Shown piece by piece: positions 34,670 to 44,170 of a stretch of 64,000 bases of DNA. Numbering within the stretch: position 1 is the first letter of the stretch; each line of letters starts with the position of its first letter. Made by a program: the position numbers and the translations under genes. The notes under the pieces are model-generated. The model was not told where the DNA came from. It made no database searches and saw only the letters and a program-made list of their open reading frames with translations. The stretch is from IMG/VR virus record IMGVR_UViG_3300035182_002586, positions 124,001 to 188,000 of that record. One strand, written 5' to 3'.

Positions 34670-35030
34670 TGGTCCCGAGCACCTAGAGCGTTCCCCGCTG
34701 TATCGCCGCTTCCTGGGGGCGCATGGGTGAAGAGCTTCGGAGAAGCTGGTTCGAGTCTAGCAGGCGGCTAGTGGTGGGATGGGTACCCACGCCGAAGCTC
34801 AACCAAACTTGGACCCGGCGCGAGTCGGGTCGAAGGGGGTGTACGGGGGCCGGACCGAGAGGTCAGGCCCCCGTCACCTCGAATGAGGGTCCACAACCAG
34901 TTGGCGGAGAGATCCGCTGGAACGGAACCCGACCCCGTTGACGATACACTTAGGCGCTAATTGCCTTGGCAGGGTCCGCCCTCGACCTCAGGCTGTGCCC
35001 TTCTCTATCGTTGCGGACGGGAGCCACACC
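34670..35030 (+). ncRNA. large structured RNA candidate
   Basis: Multiple long stems and a T-loop hairpin at 34745-34761; pairs with the 34080-34120 leader. Confidence 0.5.
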
Positions 35031-35054
35031 TTGCTCCTGAGCCCCTCATTCCTT

Positions 35055-35127
35055 GCCCCTGTAGTTCAGCGGACAGAACGTCTCTTTCCTAAAGAGAATG
35101 CCGGGAGTTCGATTCTCTCCGGGGGCG
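35055..35127 (+). tRNA. tRNA-Arg(CCT)
   Basis: ttcctaa loop. Confidence 0.9.
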
Positions 35128-35153
35128 CTACTCTTCTTATAGGAAGCTCTATC

Positions 35154-35594
35154 GTGGGCTCCCTAAGCTGTGTGTCTTGTAAAAAGGGGGATCTGTCTGC
35201 CGGAGACTTCGACATCAAGTGTCGGGCTACGGGCGAACGGCAGAACTTCTGTAAACGATGTAGGTGTGGGTACCAGAGGGCGTACTACTTACGTACGCGC
35301 GCACAGAAGATCCCAAAGAGCGTAGCCAGAGCAAGGACCAAACGGGGTCGTCTTCGGGGCTTCCTTGACGAACAGAAACGAAAGCCTTGTATGGATTGTG
35401 GTAACCCCTACCACCCGTTTGTGATGGACTTCGACCATCGTATAGGGGAGGAAAAAAGGGGTGACTTGTCGAGCCTTGTGTCCAAGGGGCTCTCTGAGGC
35501 TGAGTTGCTAGCCGAGATCGCAAAGTGCGACCTTGTTTGCTCCAACTGCCATCGGATCCGTACAGGGAAAAGGCTGGGGTTGATCCCCTCCTAG
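35154..35594 (+). CDS. HNH endonuclease
   Basis: CMDCG...MDFDH...EIAKCDLVCSNCH; paralog of the 22572 gene; start uncertain. Confidence 0.85.
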   Translation: MGSLSCVSCKKGDLSAGDFDIKCRATGERQNFCKRCRCGYQRAYYLRTRAQKIPKSVARARTKRGRLRGFLDEQKRKPCMDCGNPYHPFVMDFDHRIGEEKRGDLSSLVSKGLSEAELLAEIAKCDLVCSNCHRIRTGKRLGLIPS

Positions 35595-35681
35595 GTGTAC
35601 GTTGCGCGTCATGGGCGCAGACAACGGGACACCAAGCACACGGGTCGAAGCACTCATCAACGCCTGTTGGTGCCCCCGCTG

Positions 35682-36389
35682 ATGGCCATCCTCCCCCTCG
35701 ACACCGCAGAGTGGCCGTCGCGTCGCTACAAGGTCGTCTATGCAGATCCTTGTTGGAAGTACTACGGGGACCCTGATAAGGACCAGGCGGCGGGCAAACA
35801 CTACAACGGCATGACCCTCGATGAACTGTCAGCTCTTCCGGTGGGCCGCCTCTTGGCGCCTCCCGCTGTGGTCTTCATGTGGACCACCTCGCCCAAGTTG
35901 AGTGAGAGTCTCGACCTCATCAAGAGGTGGGGGCTGCACTACATCGGCGTCGCCTTCGTGTGGGTCAAGACCACCAACGATGGACGCGTCATCCACGGGC
36001 AAGGGGTCCGCCCTTCCATCACGAAGTCCACGACGGAGTACGTGCTGGCCGCCTCCACGGTGAAGCAAGGGCGCCCTCTGCCGCTCCTCACGGAAGCGCA
36101 GCCACAGGTCATCCTCGCGCCTCGCCCCGGCGGGCTGCACTCCAGCAAGCCTGTGGAGGTCCGAGAGGGCATCGAGGCTCTCTACGGGCCCATGCCGAGG
36201 GTCGAGTTGTTCTGCCGTGGTGAGCCCGCCCCCGGGTGGGACGGGTGGGGTAACGAAGCTGGAGACCTGACGGTCCAGCCGGAGCTGGCGCAGTCTCCCG
36301 CCTTGCGAGAGAAGCTCGTGAAGCAAGCCGAGGAGGGATCGATGCGAGAGGTATTCGACCTCGCGATGTCCCTCGACGACGAAGAGTAG
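35682..36389 (+). CDS. MT-A70 family adenine methyltransferase
   Basis: VVYADPCW (DPPW variant), FMWTT, FVWVK, HSSKP, VELFCR...GWDGWGNE. Confidence 0.88.
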   Translation: MAILPLDTAEWPSRRYKVVYADPCWKYYGDPDKDQAAGKHYNGMTLDELSALPVGRLLAPPAVVFMWTTSPKLSESLDLIKRWGLHYIGVAFVWVKTTNDGRVIHGQGVRPSITKSTTEYVLAASTVKQGRPLPLLTEAQPQVILAPRPGGLHSSKPVEVREGIEALYGPMPRVELFCRGEPAPGWDGWGNEAGDLTVQPELAQSPALREKLVKQAEEGSMREVFDLAMSLDDEE

Positions 36390-36409
36390 CCCCCGGTGTA
36401 GAAGGGGGC

Positions 36410-37264
36410 ATGGCCAGATCTCCGATGGGAGCCGCAAAGGATGCGGCGAGAGAAGCTCGTGCGCGCACGAAGCTCCGGAAAGAGGTCCGGGAAGAGCTGT
36501 ACGAAGAGATCGAGGCGAAGGTCCGCGTCGAGGTGCGAGAGCAGCTCGAACGAGAAGTGCGGGACGAGATCGCCACCAAGATCCGGGACGAGCAGGCGTC
36601 GGGCCCCGTGGTTCAGGCTCACCTGGACAACGCCAACGAGCTGCTCCAGGGGATCCAGCTCGACGCAGAGGCGCACGTGGTGGCGTCCACGCGAGAGGCT
36701 CAGGCCCTCGTGGTCCCTCTGCGATCGTCGAAGCGGGTGCGGAACTTCCTGGAGGTGTTCCTCTACCTGACGGGGATCCCGCTCTCCATCACCCTTCTCG
36801 TGGTCCTGCATACGGGCTTCCTGAGCATCGCTTTCCTCGTCCCCATGGTCATCTGGTACTACGGGGTGCAGGCTGTCTCGGAGTCGAACGAGAAGCACTT
36901 TGCAGCCATGCAGCAGGACATCGAGCACGCAGAGGAGGTAGCTCGAAGCTACCGAGCCCTCTCGAATCGCGCGGCTGCGATCCGGGCCGAGTTGCCGAGC
37001 CTTCCGAACACGGCGCGGCTCAAAGCGCGGCTGCGAACGGTGACCTCTGAGAGGGCGAGGATCACGCAGTGGGCGAACGCAGGTCTTCGTGGGCTCGACC
37101 AAGCCAGGTCCGAGGTGCGGGATCGGATGCTCGGGGAGGCCGACCTAGACCGCATCCTGGCCATCCCCACGGACCACCGGCAGCGTGTAGCCCCTCTCCC
37201 CAACTACGACGAGCAGGCTGAGGCGGAAGCCGAAGTGGAAGAGGCCCTACGAGGGCGCGCATGA
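36410..37264 (+). CDS. coiled-coil membrane protein (2 TM)
   Basis: ORF preceded by GGTGTA; two hydrophobic segments. Confidence 0.7.
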   Translation: MARSPMGAAKDAAREARARTKLRKEVREELYEEIEAKVRVEVREQLEREVRDEIATKIRDEQASGPVVQAHLDNANELLQGIQLDAEAHVVASTREAQALVVPLRSSKRVRNFLEVFLYLTGIPLSITLLVVLHTGFLSIAFLVPMVIWYYGVQAVSESNEKHFAAMQQDIEHAEEVARSYRALSNRAAAIRAELPSLPNTARLKARLRTVTSERARITQWANAGLRGLDQARSEVRDRMLGEADLDRILAIPTDHRQRVAPLPNYDEQAEAEAEVEEALRGRA

Positions 37265-37887
37265 AGGACTTCCCGACCATCCCCACCGTGAGGGAGTTCC
37301 TCCCAAGCGACCTCACCTGGCACGTCTTCGACAAGATCGACGGCTCGAACATCCGCGCCGAGTGGAACCGCAAGCAGGGCTTCTACAAGTTCGGTTCCCG
37401 CAAGCAGCTCCTCGCAACGGACTCGGGGCTCCTCAACGAGTCCCGCGAGCTGGTGCTCAACAAGTACGGCGACCCTCTCTCGGCCATCTTCCGCGCACAG
37501 AGGTACGAGAGTGCGGTCGCGTTCTTCGAGTTCTACGGCCCGAGTTCGGCGTTCGGGGCGCACGTCATGGACGAACCCCACAAGGTGACCCTGATCGACG
37601 TGAGCCCGTACAAGCGGGGCATCCTCCCGCCCACGGAGTTCCTCCGTCACTACGGCCACCTTGAAGTACCGGCGCTCATCCACCAAGGCCCCATCGACGA
37701 GGAGTTCGTCGAGAACGTCCACGAGGGGCGCCTGGAGGGGGTGACGGACGAAGGGGTGATCTGCAAGGCCAAGGCTGACCGGAAGACCGAGGTTCCCGTC
37801 ATGTGCAAGATCAAGAGCCGTGTGTGGCTCGACCGGTTGCGCACCTACTGCAAGGACGACCAGGCCCTCTTCGATCGCCTCAAGTAG
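37261..37887 (+). CDS. ATP-dependent RNA ligase-like nucleotidyltransferase
   Basis: DKIDGSN (KxDG), FGSR, FEFYG, EGVICK and KIK motifs; no OB domain. Confidence 0.8.
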   Translation: MKDFPTIPTVREFLPSDLTWHVFDKIDGSNIRAEWNRKQGFYKFGSRKQLLATDSGLLNESRELVLNKYGDPLSAIFRAQRYESAVAFFEFYGPSSAFGAHVMDEPHKVTLIDVSPYKRGILPPTEFLRHYGHLEVPALIHQGPIDEEFVENVHEGRLEGVTDEGVICKAKADRKTEVPVMCKIKSRVWLDRLRTYCKDDQALFDRLK

Positions 37888-37893
37888 GACCCC

Positions 37894-38166
37894 ATGCTCA
37901 TTCAAACCGGCGTCACCCCTGAGGGGAAGCGAGTCGTCTCCGGGGTCTACCGATGTTTCGAGACCATCGGGGTCCCCCTCGACGTGCTCTTCTCCATTCT
38001 CGCGGACCGCGATGCGATCCCTGACTGGCTCTCGTTCTACGACGAGGCCCTGAAAGCGGGGATGAAGAGGGATCGGATCCTGGCGAAGCTCGAAGAAGCC
38101 ATCTCCGATGCCTACGGGGCGGACTTCCGGGACCAGGTGATGCTTCGACTCAAGAGGTTCCGGTGA
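37894..38166 (+). CDS. small protein resembling an AlaRS helical subdomain
   Basis: VYRCFETIGVPLDV resembles FxLYDTYGFPLD. Confidence 0.45.
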   Translation: MLIQTGVTPEGKRVVSGVYRCFETIGVPLDVLFSILADRDAIPDWLSFYDEALKAGMKRDRILAKLEEAISDAYGADFRDQVMLRLKRFR

Positions 38167-38357
38167 ACCATCAGCCCGGCTGCTGCGTGGACAAGAAGTG
38201 CGACGAGCACTCGTGCATGACGTTGCCGGAAGGCTCCTCGTGCGGAACCTGTGGGCATCTTCGACACTGCAAGGCGTTCGGGTTCACCAGCTCGCCCGCC
38301 AACACTCGGTGCGACTTCTACCCTCGTCGCTACCTACCGATGGAGCCGTCGCCGTGA
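38163..38357 (+). CDS. small Cys-rich protein
   Basis: GTGA-coupled ORF with multiple Cys. Confidence 0.55.
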   Translation: MNHQPGCCVDKKCDEHSCMTLPEGSSCGTCGHLRHCKAFGFTSSPANTRCDFYPRRYLPMEPSP

Positions 38358-38593
38358 AGCACAAGGACGAGGAAGACGAACAGACCCGCCGGCTCCGACT
38401 CTTTCTGGAGCAGATCGGATCGGAGGCCAGTGGCGATCCAGAGAAGGACGTGTTCCGAGCCCTGATGGCTCACCCGGCGGCCATCGCGCCGATCTACCGC
38501 GCCTTCATCGACCCCGATCCGGTGGTAGGGCGGCTACCCATGCTCGGTGAGATCGCACTCCGCGTACGCAAGGCTCACGGCTCGAAGCGCTAG
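38354..38593 (+). CDS. hypothetical protein
   Basis: GTGA-coupled ORF. Confidence 0.5.
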   Translation: MKHKDEEDEQTRRLRLFLEQIGSEASGDPEKDVFRALMAHPAAIAPIYRAFIDPDPVVGRLPMLGEIALRVRKAHGSKR

Positions 38594-38611
38594 TCGGTGT
38601 AGGGCGCGGTC

Positions 38612-38953
38612 ATGATCGACGGTCCCGTCCAGAAGACCCTTCCGCAGCCTCCGCACTCGAACGTCGACATGACGGATCGGGTCGACCATGCGATCGCCGT
38701 CCTGAACGAGCTGGTCGCCCTCGACCGGGAAGCCGTCGAGCAGCTCGTCGAGTACCGCGTGGCGTGCGGGAGCGGGATCGCCGACCACCCCACGGCGCAG
38801 GTGACAGGGGACAGCGAAAGCGGGCCCCACATCGGGATGCTCGGGGTCATCAACGGCATCTTCGGCGTGAACGCCCGGGGGTGGGGGTACATCACCGCCG
38901 AGTTCGACGACGCCAAGCACCTGATCCGGTTCGTTCGGACGGAGAAGGCGTGA
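38612..38953 (+). CDS. hypothetical phage protein
   Basis: GGTGTA upstream; ADHPT..V...IGMLGVINGIFG. Confidence 0.7.
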   Translation: MIDGPVQKTLPQPPHSNVDMTDRVDHAIAVLNELVALDREAVEQLVEYRVACGSGIADHPTAQVTGDSESGPHIGMLGVINGIFGVNARGWGYITAEFDDAKHLIRFVRTEKA

Positions 38954-39023
38954 CGAGGTAGGGCGCAAATCCTCTTGTGGTTCCCGTCCCATAGCGGTGC
39001 GCCGCTCCAGGAGCCACAAGACC

Positions 39024-39827
39024 ATGGACCACGCCACCCTCACTCGCCGTGTCGCCCACCGCTACGTCTCTGAGGTGCGCTCGAAGATGGCCTTCATCTC
39101 GGTGGATCCCAACAACGGGAAGCACGACATCGAAGCCGAGCTGAAAAAGGGCGAGGCTGGTGTCATCAAGGCACTCGCGACGGCCAAGAAGGCCGTGGGC
39201 GAGGTCAACAAGTTCGAGCACGAGGCTCGCAAGCTCCACGACGAGGCTGCGGCCGCCCTCACCGAGATCGCCAACAAGCTCGACACGCTCCCCGGCAAGA
39301 ACATCCCGGCCATCGCGGCCGAGACCCGGAAGCATCTCGCTGAGCTACACGGGCAGGACTGGAAGGCCGCCCTTGGCACCGAGTCGGGCGTCGTCCAGTG
39401 GGTCATCCGCGTCTTCGGGGACCTGAAAAAGGCCGCCGTTCGTCAGAAGGGCAACCCCGGGTACATCGAGCTAGGGCAGATCATCCAGGGCAAGCTCGGA
39501 CCCGTCAACGCACAGCTCCGGGCGATGTCGGACAAGTTCGAGGCGGAGTTCGAGGCGTACGGTAGCTCGATTGTGGGTGACCTCACCTACGCCGAGATCC
39601 TGATCCCGTCCGGGCCCTACGGTCACCCGGAGATGGTCGGTACCCTGGATGGGCACACGCACTACAACGACCTCCACGACAGCGTGACGCGCGAGGCTCG
39701 CTACCTCCTCAACCAGCCGAGCAAGATCGATGTGACGCTCGCGAAGGTGGAGCACGAACTCGGGGCCATGCTCGCCCACTTGAAGCAGACGCAGGCGGAG
39801 TTTCAGAAGCACATGTACGGGAAGTGA
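39024..39827 (+). CDS. helical protein with N-terminal RVAHRY motif
   Basis: MDHATLTRRVAHRY; aggag RBS. Confidence 0.75.
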   Translation: MDHATLTRRVAHRYVSEVRSKMAFISVDPNNGKHDIEAELKKGEAGVIKALATAKKAVGEVNKFEHEARKLHDEAAAALTEIANKLDTLPGKNIPAIAAETRKHLAELHGQDWKAALGTESGVVQWVIRVFGDLKKAAVRQKGNPGYIELGQIIQGKLGPVNAQLRAMSDKFEAEFEAYGSSIVGDLTYAEILIPSGPYGHPEMVGTLDGHTHYNDLHDSVTREARYLLNQPSKIDVTLAKVEHELGAMLAHLKQTQAEFQKHMYGK

Positions 39828-39878
39828 TCCGACGGCCCTTGACGGCCGAGCCCAAGCTCGGCAAGATAGGGTCATCGT

Positions 39879-39952
39879 TGGGGGCTCGTTCAACGGTAGG
39901 ACAACGATTTCTGGTGTCGTTTATCAGGGTTCGATTCCCTGGCCCCCTACCA
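39879..39952 (+). tRNA. tRNA-Gln(CTG)
   Basis: ttctggt loop, CCA. Confidence 0.87.
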
Positions 39953-40027
39953 AGCAAAGCACGCCATGACCCGCCTACACGCCGCCGCACACTTCAAGCA
40001 ACAACGCCTCTCGGCGTAGGTTTCTGC

Positions 40028-40101
40028 TCGGGCGTCGTCTAATGGCAGGACGCGGGATTTTGGTTCCCGCTATGCAGGTTCGAATCCTGCCGCCCGAACC
40101 A
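40028..40101 (+). tRNA. tRNA-Gln(TTG)
   Basis: ttttggt loop, CCA. Confidence 0.9.
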
Positions 40102-40186
40102 CTCGTGCGCGAAGGAACTCCCACATGTTGAAGGACTCACACCCGCCGTAGGACCGCCTCCGTCATAAAGGAGGTGATGTCTTACC

Positions 40187-40294
40187 ATGTGTCCTTTCTG
40201 TAGGAAGGCGACCGAGATGCTCGGTCGTCCGTACATGTGCCGTGTCTGCTGGCGGCGCACGTACAAGAACGGGAAGAAGGCGAAGAAGAAGTGA
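40187..40294 (+). CDS. 35-aa basic zinc-finger peptide
   Basis: Extended SD aaaggaggtgat; MCPFC...CRVC...KKAKKK. Confidence 0.5.
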   Translation: MCPFCRKATEMLGRPYMCRVCWRRTYKNGKKAKKK

Positions 40295-40384
40295 TGGTGC
40301 CGGGGCCAGCCCGGCCCCGAGCCATCGCGAGAGACGGTGTATTAGGTCAACGGCGGGCCTCCTGGCCGACATCAGGGGGCGCAC

Positions 40385-40457
40385 GGGGTTGTAGCTCAGT
40401 TGGGAGAGCGCCAGCTTTGCAAGCTGGAAGTCGCCGGTTCGATCCCGGTCAACTCCA
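40385..40457 (+). tRNA. tRNA-Ala(TGC)
   Basis: Canonical cloverleaf. Confidence 0.93.
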
Positions 40458-40466
40458 CGAATCCTT

Positions 40467-40538
40467 GGGGCTGTAGCTCAATGGTAGAGCGCTGGCCTTA
40501 CACGCCGGACGTTGCAGGTTCGAGCCCTGTCGGCCCCA
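40467..40538 (+). tRNA. tRNA-Val(TAC)
   Basis: cttacac loop. Confidence 0.9.
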
Positions 40539-40548
40539 CTATGACGAT

Positions 40549-41583
40549 TCAACCCGCGGACGGCTCCATCCACGCCTTGCGAGCCTTCTCCAGACGCTTG
40601 GTGACACGTCCCGCCTTCGACCACCGGGTTGCGGCCTGGTTGATGACGTGGCCAACGGTCCCAGCGAAGTCGAGGCCGTGCTCCTTGGTCATCACGTAGA
40701 GCGACGCACCCGGCTCCATGGTGGGGTTGCCGTTGGCCTCCACGAAGAAGATGGTCCCGTCGTCTCTGACGCGGAAGTCGAGACGCGCGCAGTTGCGCAG
40801 GTTCAGGGCCTTGATGGCCTTCTTCGCGAAGAGCTTCAACTCCTGGATGGTCTTCGCCGGGAGTCGCGGAGGGCAGGCGCAGACCATCGGGTCGGCGACC
40901 TCGTGCTTCAAGCGGAAGTCGTAGAGACGGTACTTGGACGCCAGCTCGGGCTTGATCTCGTAGGCACACGGGGTGAGGACCTCCGGGCCCAACCCCTCGA
41001 CGAACCCGACGACGACATCGATCCCCGGGATGTACTCCTCGACGAGGATGCCTTCGGGGTAGGCCCGCAGGGCCTTTGAGACCGTCGCGTTGAGCTGCGT
41101 CGAGTCGGTGACGACGCTGGCGTCGGTGATGCCTTTCGAGGACCCCTCGAAGTTCGGCTTCACGAGGCAGGGGAGCGGGCAGTACCCGTCGTTGTTGTCC
41201 CCGGCGGTCCGGAACAGGCCGCGCGGGATGCGGACCCCTGCCTTCTCGACGACGAGGTTCGAGAGGAACTTGTCCAGGGTGACGGTCAGCGCGTGGGCAT
41301 CGCTCCCCGTATACGGGATCCCCAGCTCATCGAAGACGGCGGGGTAGAGCGCTTCACGGGTACGACCTCTGACTCCCTCGGCCGTGTTGAACACGATGTC
41401 CGGCTCGGCGCTGCGTAGCTTCTCGATCAGGTCCGGCAGCGTCCCCGTCACGTTGATCGGGATGCACTCGTGCCCGTTCTTCTCGATGGCCTCGATGATC
41501 GCGGCGACCGTGTGAGGTGAGTCGAACTCGGCTTCGGCTTCGCTGGCGTTCGTCTTGACGTTGTGCGTGAACGCGACCTTCAC
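40549..41583 (-). CDS. D-Ala-D-Ala ligase-like ATP-grasp protein
   Basis: PDIVFNTAEG, GIPYTGS, VKPNFEGSSKGI, LVEEYIPG, ARLDFR, EANGNP. Confidence 0.88.
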   Translation of the reverse strand: MKVAFTHNVKTNASEAEAEFDSPHTVAAIIEAIEKNGHECIPINVTGTLPDLIEKLRSAEPDIVFNTAEGVRGRTREALYPAVFDELGIPYTGSDAHALTVTLDKFLSNLVVEKAGVRIPRGLFRTAGDNNDGYCPLPCLVKPNFEGSSKGITDASVVTDSTQLNATVSKALRAYPEGILVEEYIPGIDVVVGFVEGLGPEVLTPCAYEIKPELASKYRLYDFRLKHEVADPMVCACPPRLPAKTIQELKLFAKKAIKALNLRNCARLDFRVRDDGTIFFVEANGNPTMEPGASLYVMTKEHGLDFAGTVGHVINQAATRWSKAGRVTKRLEKARKAWMEPSAG

Positions 41584-41684
41584 TTTGGGTGCCTCGCAGG
41601 AGGTGCTCGGGGCGTCAGGCTGGCGCCCACGATTCGATCTAGTATGAGGAAATCAACGAGCCTCCACGGTGTAGAACATGCCTC

Positions 41685-41975
41685 ATGGCGGCCATGAGGA
41701 AACGAGTCAGAGCGTCCGCCGACCTGGAGAAGGACGCGAAGAAGTACAAGAAGGCCCTTGAGACTCTGACAGAGCAGGTCAGGGCTGTCCTCGTACATCT
41801 GGACGAGCTGATGCAGCAGCCCTCCACGCGCGAGCGTGGGGTCAAGGTCGCCAAGCTCCTGAACAAGCTGAACATGGCGAACGACCTCGTGCGGTACAGT
41901 ACGCTCCGGATCGACTTCCAGAACGACCTTCCGATGGATCGGGACCAAGCCCTCGCTGTAGTACCCCTGCCATGA
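41685..41975 (+). CDS. hypothetical protein
   Basis: GGTGTA 11 nt upstream. Confidence 0.65.
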   Translation: MAAMRKRVRASADLEKDAKKYKKALETLTEQVRAVLVHLDELMQQPSTRERGVKVAKLLNKLNMANDLVRYSTLRIDFQNDLPMDRDQALAVVPLP

Positions 41976-42148
41976 AACTCTACGGATCGCGTGCGCGTGA
42001 CATGCAGACCTGCCGCTACGGCTGCTGCGGATCCTCGCCTCTCAGCCTCGCCCGGTGTCGTGGCGGCAAGCCCGAGCGCGCCTGCCGCAAGGCGGCCAAG
42101 CACCGTGCTCGTCGCGAGGGGCGCAAGGTCGAGGCGGCGGAGTAGAGG

Positions 42149-42529
42149 TCAATCGCTGATGTACGCATCGTGTCGCTCCGCCTGACGGTAGTACACGGGC
42201 TGTAGGACTGGCTTCGCCTTCACGCGCCAGAGCCCATCGACCTTCTCGACGTACTTTGCGCAGATGTGGCAGAGCCCCCCATCAGGGTCCTTGCACCAAG
42301 GGACCGGGCCCGTGGTCGGGTCCTCTCCGCAGAACCCGACCCGGTGAACCGACCACGGGCCGTCCAGCACCTTCACGGTGGCGTGGCACGGCAACGTGGC
42401 CCCGTCGTCGTAGATGAAGATGACGGGCGAGCCCGCGTTCGCCTTGACGAACTCGTGCATCACCTTGGTGGCAGCTTCTTGGGCAGCTTTTCGGGTCGCC
42501 TTGCTGAGAAGATCGCCGAGGGTGCTCAC
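42149..42529 (-). CDS. hypothetical protein
   Basis: GGTGTA upstream on the minus strand; GTG start inferred. Confidence 0.55.
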   Translation of the reverse strand: MSTLGDLLSKATRKAAQEAATKVMHEFVKANAGSPVIFIYDDGATLPCHATVKVLDGPWSVHRVGFCGEDPTTGPVPWCKDPDGGLCHICAKYVEKVDGLWRVKAKPVLQPVYYRQAERHDAYISD

Positions 42530-42615
42530 GACCTCTATGTACACCGCTGAAACCCGGCACAGCGCCACGGTCTCCAAGCGGGTGCCAACCCTATGTGAGC
42601 AACGGTGTAAGATCT

Positions 42616-43212
42616 ATGGAAGGGAGGACCTCGATGTCCAAAATGAGTGACATCCACGAGGAGCGCTCTGACGAGTGGGTCCGCGTGGACGCACGCATGA
42701 CGGACCTCGTGGGTGGTCCGGCGATGACGCCGGGTGTGCTGCTCTGGCTCGACAACGGAAAGCGTCTCCTCGTAGGGGACGTGAACAACACGTTCGGGAC
42801 CAACGGTCACTGCCCGGCCCCGGCGCTTCCCATCGTCCGCGCTTGGCGCGCCTTCGTGGACATGTCGCACGTGCGTGCGACACCTCCGAAGGTGTGGGCG
42901 GCGGGGTTCGACCTCGACGAGGTGCCGTTCGAGTACTGCGAGGAGGACGAGTACCCCGCTGTCGCTGAACTGGCGATGGCGATGAACCGGGTCGCGGACC
43001 TCGACTTCGAGGCGATGCTTCGTCCTGGCCTCGTCGTGGGGATGGAAGACGGGCGAGTCCTCCTCGTGGGGCACGTGAACACGCTCGCCGGCACGTGTGA
43101 CGCACAGATCGACGGTGCTCCCCCCGCCGAGGGGAAGAACCATCGGGTGGTGCGCTACTTCCGCGCCGTGCCTGACCTGGTGTTCAGCCGTCGTTCCTAC
43201 CACCAGGGCTAG
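42616..43212 (+). CDS. hypothetical protein with an internal domain duplication
   Basis: PGVLL..DNGKRLLVGDVN and PGLVV..EDGRVLLVGHVN. Confidence 0.7.
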   Translation: MEGRTSMSKMSDIHEERSDEWVRVDARMTDLVGGPAMTPGVLLWLDNGKRLLVGDVNNTFGTNGHCPAPALPIVRAWRAFVDMSHVRATPPKVWAAGFDLDEVPFEYCEEDEYPAVAELAMAMNRVADLDFEAMLRPGLVVGMEDGRVLLVGHVNTLAGTCDAQIDGAPPAEGKNHRVVRYFRAVPDLVFSRRSYHQG

Positions 43213-43406
43213 TCGCCGAGGTGTACGAGGCCGAGCACGAGCAAGCCCACAGCAACAGTGAGGACTCCGAACACAACCCACCGGATGACAACGGTTTTCA
43301 CGTCCATCCCCCAGAAGCGGGACAAGGACTTCACTACCGGGACCGCACGGAGAACAGAGAACCGTGTGTCTGACTGGTAAGGCACTTATACCCCACGTAG
43401 GGTGCC

Positions 43407-43877
43407 ATGCCAGTCAAGTACACCAAGGAAATCCTCGAAGAAGCTGTGCGTGCGAGCCGTTCAATCTCGGAGGTTCTTCGTAAGCTCGGGGTCACCTCAA
43501 TTTCCGGGGGTCAGCACGCACACATCAAAGCGAGGATCAAAGCCTACGGTATCGACGCGAGACACCTTCCCGCAGGTCAGGGGTGGTCGAGAGGTCGAGA
43601 GGTGGGTAGAACAAAAACCCCCGAGCAGATTCTCATTCGAGGCCCTAATCGAAGGGGGCGACCAAAGCTACTACGTCGCGCGCTCATCGCATCGGGCGTC
43701 CCTCATACCTGTGCTGTGTGCAGACAGGGGGCCGAGTGGAATGGTAAGCCCTTGGTACTACAGATTGACCACCGTGATGGCGACCGAGCCAACGACGAGC
43801 AGACGAACTTGCGATTTCTATGCCCGAACTGTCACTCTCAAACGGGCAACTACGGAAGAAAGAACAAGCGGGTGTAG
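43407..43877 (+). CDS. HNH endonuclease
   Basis: Paralog of the 17496 gene; LQIDHRDGD..N....NLRFLCPNCHSQT; stop inside tRNA-Gly. Confidence 0.9.
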   Translation: MPVKYTKEILEEAVRASRSISEVLRKLGVTSISGGQHAHIKARIKAYGIDARHLPAGQGWSRGREVGRTKTPEQILIRGPNRRGRPKLLRRALIASGVPHTCAVCRQGAEWNGKPLVLQIDHRDGDRANDEQTNLRFLCPNCHSQTGNYGRKNKRV

Positions 43878-43941
43878 CTGGAAGGTCTAGCAGAACGTTC
43901 CCAATGTTCAGATGGGGGTTCAATTCCCCTCACCCGCTCCA
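43868..43941 (+). tRNA. tRNA-Gly(CCC)
   Basis: ttcccaa loop, TCCA. Confidence 0.85.
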
Positions 43942-44170
43942 AACTGGTGTACAAGCTCCAACCCATCAATACGGAGGACTTCCATGAAGATGACCGCTGC
44001 CGCCTGCGCGTGACGCCATCACGCGGAGGTGCCGTCACGCGCTCCGTCGAGCTAGGCCCGTGTTGCGGGCGTGCTCGGGGGTAGAACAACCAGACCTGTA
44101 GGACTGGAAGCCGCTGGTTCATCCCCGGCCGCCCGCTCCGCCATCGACAGATGCGGCGTTGGGTGGTCCC

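Noticed and set aside
40167-40178. 16S rRNA 3'-end fragment on the minus strand
   Set aside because: Only 12 nt match, and it is positioned as a Shine-Dalgarno for a small ORF; no rRNA sequence surrounds it.
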